Source: Paraspadella gotoi (lineage: Eukaryota > Animalia > Chaetognatha). From it: a stretch of DNA of 64,000 bases. Under the pieces are notes generated by a model, which saw only the letters and a program-made list of their open reading frames with translations, was not told the origin of the DNA and did not search any database. Location of the stretch: positions 23,847,310-23,911,309 of the forward strand of contig CM119263.1 in the NCBI GenBank assembly GCA_051294375.1. The letters run 5' to 3'. Positions 37,494 to 48,437 of this stretch are shown in pieces (within the stretch, counting starts at the first letter, position 1; every line of letters starts with the position of its first letter). The position numbers were made by a program, and so were the translations under genes.

Positions 37494-40253
37494 ATCTCTC
37501 TTCTCTCTCTCTCTCTCTCTCATAAATCGCGTTTCCTTCATTCGACAGTCCGACCTTGAAATCACGAGAGATAGGCAAAGGAAACCGTGACGAGTTTAGG
37601 CGAATTTTGGTCAGTCTATAGTTTATAAAAATTTAGAATATATTTCGTAACAAAATGAATTTATCCATAAATTAACTCGACCACGTTTTCAACATCGACC
37701 ATGGTTAGAAATTAACAATTGGATCATGTTGAGGTGGAGTTGAGTTAAGCGGCCGAAGATGATGTCGATGCAGGAAGAGAAAAGAAGAAACGTGAAAAGG
37801 TAGGGCCGTGAGACAGGAAGTTGGTGAACGCCAATGACGTCCAGCGGGAGAGTAAAAAAAAAATCTTGGCTCGAGAAAATCTGTGAGGCGACGCCGGGGT
37901 TGAATTGGCGAAGGGAAAGTTTGGGCAAGGTGACCAACGATGCTAAGAATAGGAGGGGGGGCGGAGGATCATGGGCACTGGGGAGAGGAGATAAAGAGAG
38001 AGAGAGGAATCAGTTCATCTTAACTAATGCTTGTATAGCCATTTAATTTCAAATCATAATTGTTTACGAATGCAATCTGAAATTTGTAACATTAGCCATT
38101 TCTCCTTTAATTTTTACTTTGTGTATGTATATTATATATTTAGTTCTTACTTGAAATGTAGGCTAAAAGTTTATTAAGGCTAAGATTGGAAAAAAACGCT
38201 CAGTCAAGGAAGACAAAAAATTTGTTTGTTAAGGTTCATTTTCTTGGTTCAGCTTGCGTTGAAGATCAAACACCAACGACATTTATCTCCACAAAATAAC
38301 AATAACAACAACGAAAATGGATTATATTTTTTTCTGGAATTGCAAGGACATGGGCATTTTTTCGTTAAGCCAAGTACAAATCATTACATGCTATTTAAAA
38401 CAATATTTCTTTCTTTCTTTCTTCACGTTCTTTTTTCTTTCTTTCTTCTTTCTTTTCTTTCTTTCTTTCTCTCTTTTTTTCCCCTCCATTCGCTTAATTT
38501 TTTGTTAGCTGCTTCATTTTTACGTCTTTTCATTTTTAAAATTTCTTCTTTTCTCTTTTATTTTTTTGAGTTTTCGTGCTAAAAAGAGATAACGAATGAA
38601 AAGGAAAACCGAGTCGACGTCAAGTTCAAACCAGAGAAGAGGAAGAGAAGGGAAAAAATTAAAAGGGAGCGGACAAAGCGAGCGCTAGTAAAAATTAGGG
38701 AAAAACTGGAAATAAGAAAAAATGAACTGAAATAGAAAAAAGATGTATGAATGAACGATAAAAGCCAGGAGTAAATAAATTAAATAAATAAAAAAATAAA
38801 AAATTAAAAATAAGGGGATCTAAAAAAAAAGCGAAAAATAAACGCAAGTCAAAGGAACTATTGAGCAAAAAAAAACAAAGACAAAAAAAACAACCCGAAG
38901 ATGTTTGTTCAATTTTCGTTCAAAAAAAGAAGCAAATGTCGAAGGTGCTAAAAGTGGAAAAAATGAAAACCTAAAAAAGAAAGTTAAAAAAATCTTTAAA
39001 ACATGTTGGAGCTTAGAACGATTTTGTGAACTAGGAAAACAAAAAACAAAGTGAACGACGACGACGACGCGACGTAATGGCGGCTGACGGTGGAAACGAG
39101 CGAGACGATACTAAGTTTACGACGAAAATAAAAAATCAATTTAAGTTCGATTTTATGTTATGACCCATAAAAAAAAGGTATTCATATTTTTTTTTTAAAG
39201 TAAATTAGGTAATAATTTCATTTACATTAAAAAAAAATAATAACAATAAACAGATCATCTTTTTTGTTTGTATATAATAGTTAAACTAACGGGCGTAATA
39301 ACTTGGGCGACTAAAAATAAAACGGCGAGAATAAAAAAAAGCAACAATAAAAGAGAAAAAAGAAAACCGATAACGAGAGTAATAACCAAATGTGTCGCTT
39401 TCATCGTCAACTTTCCGTGGAAAAACCGAGGTCAAGTTCGACCTACCATATTGAAAAGGGGAAAAAGAGAAGGGGGAGGGAGGGGAAAAAAAAATGGATC
39501 AGCAGCTGTTTCTTGTCGAGTAGGATCCTTCGCCGAACTACTTTTTATTTGTTATGCTTACTTATTTAACTCGAAATCAAGATTAGTCTCCCATCGATAA
39601 CCGACGACCATCATTTTCGTCGTCGTCGGCTGCTGTCGTCGTCGTGCCATCTTTGTTTTAATACTGCCTCGTTCCCAGATCGAAGCACGCCGCCGCGACC
39701 GCGCGTTCCGGACGAGAGGGATCGTCGTCGTCGTCGTCCGTTTCGGCGTTCTCATCATCTGTTGACAATGTAATGGTTCAAAATCTATAGCTGACTTTTT
39801 TTTTTTTCAACAAGCGGGGAAAAAAAAAGTAATGTTGGAATGCAATTAGACGATTTTTACGTTTCGAGAGTTTTTCGCTTCGCAAATCAACACGTTTCCC
39901 CCCAGCAAGGAAAGGCCTAAAAACAAGGAGGGCGTAAACGACAAAATGATGGAAAATCGAAGCTTGCAATGTCCAAAATGGGAGAACGCCAATATTTTAG
40001 AAAACGGAAGAGAACGCAATGACGGAATTCGGGGATTATAAATGACAGGAAATTAAGGATATATCAATGACGGAATTAAGTTGGACGCATCGATGGAAAT
40101 CGCAGCTTTGAAACGACGAAAATTCAAAAAATAAAAATGAACGAAAAACTTTTAAAGACCAAATAACGAAAATCGGGGAATTTTTCGATGAGAAGCGAAA
40201 ACGGAATGAGCGGCCAAGCACGTGTCGAAAAGTGCAACTCAATTCCACAGTCT

Positions 40254-40284
<31 letters not shown>

Positions 40285-41754
40285 TGTTATCCTCTTTTCG
40301 CGGCAAACTCCGTCATCCTCGTCATTCAACTACAAGGAGATCCAACGGGTGCCGTTCTCAAAAGAATTTATTAGCTCAGTGAGCATATTTAAATAAAATC
40401 TTTTCATTAATGTGCAAAAATAAATCAAAAGTCATGACAACTTTGTTTTATACCCCTCAATCCTATTGAAAAATCAAAGGTTATGTCCAAGTGTAGAAAG
40501 GGGAAAAGTTCGCAGAAAATCGCTTTTTTCTAAGTTTTTCTGATTTCGAAAATTACTCACTGCTATTCAACAGTTCTTGTATGGCCAACAGCCGGGTTCC
40601 CTGTGATGCCCATTGGATGGGGCATCTCACTGTTGGCTTTGGGGGCTTCCGACCTCAGTGACGCCCTCAGTCACTGCGCGGTTACCCTAGGACGGTCTCT
40701 GGCTTTGGCCCAAAACGCAGAGGGAAGTCTGGATGGAACACAAAGACTGGGATGGTGTGGTTACACCCTCGGAAGGCACGGCTGAATGCAATGGTGGATG
40801 TGAAGCGGTATGTTAATATACCGCCACCACTTGTCTCTTTTAGTTTTTTTTTAAGAGCCGGGGCAAAGTCAAGAGCTTCCTGTCGACCATTGGTGACCAT
40901 TCATTGAAAGTTTAGTGAAAAACTTTAAAAAGAATAGCGCAATTCCAAAGTTGAAAGTTTTGTTTCGAGAATTCAAAAAAAAATCAAAATTCTTATCTCG
41001 CCGTAAAAAATATCGTGTTCTTTCACTGTTAAAATATGAAATGAAACATGTCGTCACATGTTTTATAGAACGAGCAACGAGAAAAAAATTTTCGAGGCCT
41101 TTTCTAACTAATAAAAATCTATATTCATGACAATGGATAGATTATATGGGTGCTGTAGCCATTTTTTTTGAAGGTCGGTGCCCGCGTGGATCTCCTTGAA
41201 AGGGCTAGAGGAAAACGGTTCACACAGTCCGAACTACTTTCGGTTAGTAAACCTCTTTCAAATCTTCTTCTTTTTAGTTTTGGTCGTCGTCGCAATCGTC
41301 GTCCATCGCCGTCATTTTTCTTTTTCAAGTGAATCTATCCAGAAACTCTTCCGTTGCAGCGTGCGCGCCAGCCAGTGCCTCCACATTTTATCCGCGCATT
41401 TTTGATGTTTGCTATCAAATTATTTGGGATTCTCTCTCGCCGTTCCGCCAATGTAAAATTCCTATCCGAGTGATTTTCAATTTCAAATCTTACTCGCTTC
41501 ATGCCTATTGTCTCTCTTGTTTTTCCAGGACAGAATTTCCGTTCATCGCATCTTTTCGTCCGAATGTCTTATTGTCTGTTCTGGCGTTTCGTTTGACTGT
41601 CAGTTCGAAAGCCGAACTTTCGCATGGCAACGTTAATGAGCTTTGGTGCTCGCCCAAACCGCTAACTCGCGCCGTCCACGCCGCATTTCTTCTCGGCGGA
41701 CTCGGAGAGAGAAAAGAGAGAGAGAGAGAGAGAGAAAGAGGGAGAGAGAGAGAG

Positions 41755-41810
<56 letters not shown>

Positions 41811-42350
41811 AGAGAGAGAGAAAAGAGAGAGAGAGAGAGAGAAGCAAACTTCTCTCTCAACCTTTTTCTCCGCTCAGGATCCACCTCTTTCGTGTTTACA
41901 ACATTACCGTTTTTCTTTTTTTACAGTTTGGCCACAAGACTCTGCATTTTCCCTTTTTCTACAAACTTAGTTTCCGCCATTATCATTTTCTCCAGTCCAG
42001 TTCCTTGACCTTTTTCCCTCCTCTTTCTTTCCTACTTTTCACATTTCTTCCACCGTCGCGCAAGCGCACGGGACGCGTTTTTCCACGTGCGTCTCTAGAA
42101 TTCTCTGACTTCCGGTTTCGCGATTGCCGTGAATTTCCGGATACGCCCTCTGCTTTCACCGTCTTCTTGTCGTTTCACAGGGGCGAATATCAAGAATTAA
42201 ACGGTTAAAGCGAAAGAATAATAGTATTTGTTTTCATTCAATTGCGAAATTTTTTTTTACTTTTTACGTCCTTTCACTTTCTGTATCTCTTTCTCTGTCT
42301 GTCTTCTTTCTATGTGTCTCTCTCGTCTGTCTTTCTCTCTCTTTTCTTTC

Positions 42351-42387
<37 letters not shown>

Positions 42388-44820
42388 TCTATCTATCTAT
42401 CTATCTATCTATCTAGTCTATCTATCCTATCTATCTATCTTTCTATCTATCTGTCTCTCTCTCTCTCATCTTCGTCTCTCTCTCTTCTCTCTCTCTTCTC
42501 TCTCTCTCGTCTCTCTCGTCTCTGTCTCTCTCTCTTAAATTATAACTAGAAATAAAAGCCTTATAAATATATATCTTTCTTTGGTTACAGAAAAATACGA
42601 TGATGTTATAAGAAGAATAAAACTATACGAATAAAAGACACGACGTATGATGAAGACGACTGAGAACGACGACGACGACGACCGACGTCTCGGGTCTTCT
42701 TCGGCCTCAGGCCTTTTCTCGCCAAAGATGGAATTGTTTTTGGAGAGAAGAGAAATTTGTCGCGAACGACGACGTCGACGATTCGTGTTAAGAACGAAGA
42801 CTATTTTTTTTTTCCAAGTCGAATCGAATTGTAGAGCCGACCAAAAGATCGGACCGACAACGTTCGAACCGACGCAGTTCGAACGCGAACAAAACGAAAT
42901 TTGCTTCGAAAAAAAAAAAAAAAAAAAAATTTCCGCGCCATTTTCGTTTTTCCCGCGAGAGAACTTTTTTGTTCCGTCGAACAACGCCTCGTGGTCGCAA
43001 ATGAGCCCTTTTGCTCCGGCAATCAAAACCCTTCCCTCTGGCAATCGAATCCTCCGCTCCCGGCAACCGATTTCTCCGCTCCGGCAAGGCCAATTCTCGA
43101 CCGGCAAATGACGTCAAGCAGAGTCGATGGAAAAGCTGGCAACGCTACTTTTCGACCGACGGGGCGCCTGCTATCTGGAAAGCCAAGATAAGGAGAAACG
43201 GAAAAAAAAAAGGAAAGAAATAAAAAAAAAAAAAAAAGTGGAAAGGGAAAGAAAGCGACGCGACCGCGACCGGGAATTCTGTATCAGCGATTTTTCACGC
43301 ACATTCGCGAAAAAACAATGAAAACCTAGAATCGATTGAGACGCCGGGCGGGCGTGACGTTAGCTCCTTTTCCTGTCGTATCGCCATTGTCATAATTCGA
43401 CTAGCTTCCTTTTTAACTGCTACTTCCTTCTGCGCATGCGCTGATCGCCGAGTTAGTTGTAAAAGTTTTCAATTGGACGCGTTAATATGACAAAGCTTGA
43501 CGAAGCTTACCTTCGACTTTAACTTAAACGGATTTATTCGGTCAACACATGAACAACATGAAAGCAAAATGAATAATCAATCATAATAACGTCGATCAAA
43601 ATAACTACGCAATCTCGATATCAACGAATCGTCTTCGTCGTCTCTTCGTCACGAACGACATCTTCACCAGAAGTGACGCGCTCTCATCAGGGCAAGAGTG
43701 AGAGGAGGAGGGAAATGGTTACGGCGGGAAGCGAGTTCGGTCCCGAGACGTCAAATCGACTTCCGTTTTTTTTCTGCTCCATAGGTTAGTTTGAAGTGTC
43801 TAACTCGCGTCGGTCCTGTTGCGGAGAGAGAAGAGAGAAGATAGAGAGAGAGAGAGAGAGAGAGAGAAGAGAGAAGAGAGAGAGAAGAAGAGAAGAGAGA
43901 GAGAGAGAACACTTTGTCCATCGGCATTTTCCGGCATTCTCTCTTCTTCTTTTTTTTTCCACGGCACTGGAGACCCGGACGCCCTCTTCGGCGCCGACAC
44001 GAAGGACCACGCCCATCGGTCGTACTACGGACTCGGCGAGAGACGGCACGAGGGGGCTATGCGGAGGGGCGCTGCCGGCCGGCCAACCACGCTGCGCGCC
44101 CGCTTGCCCGGCCGCTGCCGCCGCTGCCCTCTTCCGGCCTTCGAGAGAGACGTGACGAGGTTGAGAGGAATGCGGTTCCGGTTTGGGACGCTTAAATTCC
44201 CACTTTTTTCTCTCTCTTCCTCTCTCGGTGGAGGAAAGAAATCTGCGATAAAACAGATTTAAACACACGTTACAGTAAAGATTTCGATTAAATGACCAAC
44301 ATAATTAATTAAATTTATGTGGATTTAGACAAGTTTTTATGCTCGCCACATTTCTTTTCATTTCAAACTCCGATACCTACGAAGCAAATCCTCCATAGTT
44401 TTTACGGAAAATTCCTTCCCTCAGTCTTCCACTTTTTTTCATTTTCTGCTCGACTCAAACGGACTCGAAATATTTTTAATGAAATAATTAACCTCCAGTA
44501 ATTTGGATTTTTTTTTCCCTTACGGTCATCCTACCGTCGCCAATCCAGTATCCGCTCCTTGCTCATCTACTCCAGGACTCGTCGTCATGCATGTCTTTTC
44601 GCCCCCCTTTTTGCGCCCCCACTCCTCCCTTTCTTTTTACCAACAAAATGGCTCCTTCCGTACCACCTTTTCAAAACCACCCAGACAACCGTCGCGTCCT
44701 TTGAATTCGGACGCATGCCCCGCATGAAAAACCGTTTTTCGTCTCCTTGACGACGTGGTGCGTGGCCGAGGGAACCGGAAGTGGCGACGGGATCTTGACA
44801 GACGAGTCTCGCGGTTTTCT
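21175..44820. repeat. Three extra ~7.8-7.9-kb copies of the 9950-21149 region (starts 21175, 28969, 36901); probable assembly artefact
   Basis: The ORF track repeats with offsets of 7794 and 7930-7932. Copies share identical indels relative to the cleaner 10-15 kb copy. 25-N gaps at 21150 and 36765. Confidence 0.95.
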
Positions 44821-45005
44821 CTCTCTCTCTCATCTCTCTCTCTGTCTCTCTGCTCTCTCTCTCTCTCCGAGCTCTCTCTCTCTCTCCCCTCTCCTCATCT
44901 CCTCTTCTCTCTGCTCTTTCNNNNNNNNNNNNNNNNNNNNNNNNNTTTCTTCAGCCGAGGCTCGCTCGGGAGGTGGAGTCTTGAAAAAAAAGGGGATATA
45001 AATCT
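43621..45005 (-). CDS. Multi-exon SWIM zinc-finger protein gene fragment (noisy; partial duplicates at 20660-21149, 28000-28965, 35690-36900)
   Basis: The cleanest read (36790-36900) gives VVQDPVATSGSLGHAHVVKETIKRFSCACVEFKRTDG, followed by C..|HA across a short intron, i.e. a CxC-x(n)-CxH pattern. Canonical donor ACC|GTAAGG at 44524/44523. The next exon begins VKPEPIPLNLVTSL (read near 28590). Confidence 0.5.
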
Positions 45006-45923
45006 GAAACGTGATAAAAGTCGACAAGAGACGTTGAGCTTTGGATGAAACTCGAGGGGAAATACTTATGCCGAGCGCAGCGCCGGCGCCGCGACCTCTC
45101 GTCTACGTAGCGCCGCCCCAGCGTCTCCACGTCTACGTCACGCCGAGACGCCGCGACCCCGCGTCTGCGTAGCGTGAGACGAAAAAAAATAAAAATAAAT
45201 CGGGTAACAAGAGTAATCTAACCGACGAACCCGAGAAATTAACTGCGCGACGCTGAGCCTACGATCAAACTTCGTCGCTCTCTACTCTTTTTCGTCGCGC
45301 GAACGAATAAACGACATGTTATTCCGCTCGGCGTTACGTCAGCAATTATCGTCGTTGCCAAGGTGATTTGGTAAACACGTCGTCGACGACCGGAGCGCTC
45401 TCCTCAAATAAATAACCGTTTTTCGGATTCTGCTTTTATTCGTTCTGTCGCCTGCGCCGCCGCGGCCGCCGTCGCCGCTCCAGCGTCGAAGACAGATTTA
45501 CGCGCGGCGCGTTGAGCTCCCTGCGTTCTACGTTCTCAGACAATGTCTCCATGCCAGCCCTGCTTGTCACAATGGCGCAAGGCTTCATCTCAGAGCCACG
45601 CAACTTTCCTTTTTCTTCCTCTCTTTTTCTTTTCTTTTTTTTTTCCCTTTTTTTTTCTTTGCTCCTTTCTTTCCTCGCGTCATCAGAGCTGCGGAATAAG
45701 AGGAGCAAGGCGGGCTGGAGTTGAAAGGGAGGAGCAAAGGAATAAGGAGAGAGAAAGAATCTCGCCGAGAAGATTATTTATGAAATTCGAAAAAAATTTG
45801 AATAAAAACGTGGGAGTGAAAACTCTTTTTGGAAAAAAAAATGCAGTTCGACTCGAAAAACAAATAAGAGAAACAAATTGCGGAATATTTAATATTTAAA
45901 CCGCGCAAAACAAAAACCAAAGA

Positions 45924-45928
<5 letters not shown>

Positions 45929-46011
<83 letters not shown>
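45929..46011. repeat. (AG)n microsatellite
   Basis: Perfect dinucleotide run. Confidence 0.98.
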
Positions 46012-46014
<3 letters not shown>

Positions 46015-46364
46015 TTAAAACGAAATCCTTAAATAAATAAATAAGAATGACAAATATTGAAGAAAAATCCCCACAATAACGGCATAGAAGCCTAACTAAA
46101 TTTGTTTTGCTCAAAGAACAAAAGAAAAAATAATAAAATTAATAAAAAAAATAAAAGGAGGATGCATCAAATGATGAGAGTGAGGAAAAAAAGAAAAGCT
46201 GCCTAAGATGATGCGGTAAAGTGTGAAAAAGGTGGAAGAGAGAGAGAGAGAGGGAGAGAAGAATACCCGAGAGATGAGAGCAGAGAGGAGAGAGCAGAGA
46301 GAGAGAGAACTTGAATTGAATTGAAGCTGAACAGTACATGACCCTGGACAGCAAACTAGTACTC

Positions 46365-47880
46365 TAAGAGCGTCTTTTGTTTCGTTCTTAAAATACCATC
46401 ATACTCTGTATCAAACCGCGACGAATGTCACCTAAAGTCGATTCGATTCACTTAAATTCTGCTGTTCAATTTGTTTTCCAAACCGTTCTTCAAATCGACT
46501 CTCAATCAGCTAACATCGAGCAATAACCCAATTTTGGATATAAGTTACATCTAATCAAGCTAGAAACCTATTCAATTGTCAGGTGATTTTTCACAAAATA
46601 GAGACAATTTTTTTTTTCTTTTTCATTCGGTTTTTGTTTTTTTTGGTCTTTTTTGCGTTTTTTTCTTTTTTGCTGTGCTCTTTTTTTTCTTTTTTTTTTT
46701 TTTTTTTTTCTCTCAAGTAACCATACATTTGAAAACATTCACAAATTAAGATTAAGGCTACATATTAAAACTCTCCTTAATCATTGTTAACAAGAAAACA
46801 GTAGAATAACAAATATCACAGGATAATTGTGAGAATTACAATCTTTCTAAAACAATCATGCAAGGTTTACAAATCGAGTTTTGCTGGAAAACGATTTCCC
46901 AATGGCCAGGAAACGTTGGTGGTCTCCTTCATCATATTCCTTCTTAATTGATGTCATCAAACCAGGTCATTTTTTCCAAACGATTATTTAGGACCTTTTC
47001 CGTGCTTAAGTTGAACAGACGTTTCTGATTAGATTGGCATGTGCTTGCTCTGCCATCAAGAACAGTCGCATTAGCAGTATGATTGGTTAAGATCTAGAAA
47101 TTTTCCTATAAAGTTTGTCTACTTTTTCCCATGATCGTTGTCATTGTTTATCCTAAGCAATGCTTGAATATTGAAGCATTGACACTGTGAGATGATTGTA
47201 CACAGTCATTACGAATTTTGTGATTTGTTGTCACTTAGGTTCTTTGCCAGTCTTTTCGACATCATTATTGATTTTTAGACCAAGCCTTAGAGATAAGCTG
47301 AATCGACTGTAGCTTGCTCCAGCCTTAGTCATCCTATCAATCATCCATAAACGGGGCATGCGTTCCTGCATGACGTAATCATCACCGATTTTGAGTTTCA
47401 TAAAATTCATTCCATAGCTGCGTTTTGCGACCTCCTTCTCACCTGAACAAATGTGTATACTATTATTGATCCTAACCCCTGTATAGGGATCTTCAAATTA
47501 CCTGCCATTTATCGCTACGACTATACTACTTCTAGGACTTGGTTGAAGTCTTTTTTGGCTGCAATTTTGCAAACCTGCATTTACCGGAACCTTGCCCCAA
47601 TTTACTTGATAGTAGGCATTGTGTCATCTTAAGCATATTTTGCACTTCCTTACACTCTATGGAATGCCAGGCAAGTCTTCAAACGTACGAGAACAAAGAG
47701 TCTGGCCTCAATATGTGTATCCTTATGCCTAATGTGAGAACACCTGGCGTTCCCCTAGCATACTTTAGTTCAGATTTTCTAATCCTGCACGTCCTCAATA
47801 CGTTCATCACTTCTCCCATTCAGATAAGAATAACCATTTTTAGAATCGAAATGTAATCGTATATATCTCCGGGCAACCTT
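46365..47880 (-). pseudogene. Degenerate DNA transposase-like sequence (hATm-like) with a 59-bp intron
   Basis: LHFDSK at 47856-47839. GT-AG intron at 47501-47443. Then AGASYSRFSLSLRL...EPK.QQITKFVMTVYN, CQSN.KR..LSTE and KSFSSKTRF in the order expected for HWDGK/ARW/ER-type invertebrate transposases. Many stops and frameshifts. TAAGAGCGTC at 46365 is a possible terminus. Confidence 0.45.
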
Positions 47881-48199
47881 TATCTTCTTAAACTATCTCT
47901 CCTCTCATGCTCTTCTCTTTNNNNNNNNNNNNNNNNNNNNNNNNNCGAGCCGAGTCTCCTCTTAGCCTTTTTACATCTCGAACGATACGTTCGACAAACC
48001 ACTCCACGTTCCCCCCTCGAACCTCCCCGAACCCCCAGGCATTTGAAACTCCCTTCCCTCATCCTTCGTCTGCGCCTCCTTTCGGCGCGCGTCGGCAAAC
48101 GACCTCACGCGCCGTCGGAAACAACGTGACAATCGATTTCGTACGCGGAACAAATTTCGCCGAAATTTTTGAGGAAAAACTGACGCCCGATCCTGGCGC

Positions 48200-48437
48200 G
48201 GATTGAACGAGGGTTGCTGCGGATTGAAGGAGGTTTGGCCTGGATCGAAGGAATTTTGGCCTGGATCGAAGGAAGTTTGGCCTAGATTGAAGGAAGTTTG
48301 GCCTGGATCGAAGGAAGTTTGGCCTGGATTGAAGGAAGTTTGGCCTAGATTGAAGGAAGTTTGGCCTGGATTGAAGGAGGTTTGGCCTGGATCGAAGGAA
48401 GTTTGACGTAAATTGAAGAAGGGTTGGCGTGGATTGA
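48200..48437. repeat. 21-bp minisatellite, ~11 units (GGATYGAAGGAAGTTTGGCCT)
   Basis: Directly visible tandem units. The repetitive ORFs (SRPNFLQ)n and (KEVWPG)n derive from it. Confidence 0.95.

Noticed and set aside
21175-44820. A real tandem gene or satellite array (e.g. rDNA-, histone- or virus-like unit)
   Set aside because: No rRNA, histone or viral motifs seen; shared indel noise and staggered ends point to an assembly artefact.
45660-45695. Hammerhead-like CTGATGA...GAAA on the minus strand (similar CTGATGA boxes near 15605 and 20725)
   Set aside because: No pairable stem II, or no GAAA box.
48200-48437. CRISPR array or repeat-protein CDS
   Set aside because: Units are contiguous with no unique spacers, there are no cas genes, the context is eukaryotic, and ORFs are open on both strands only because the unit is a multiple of 3.
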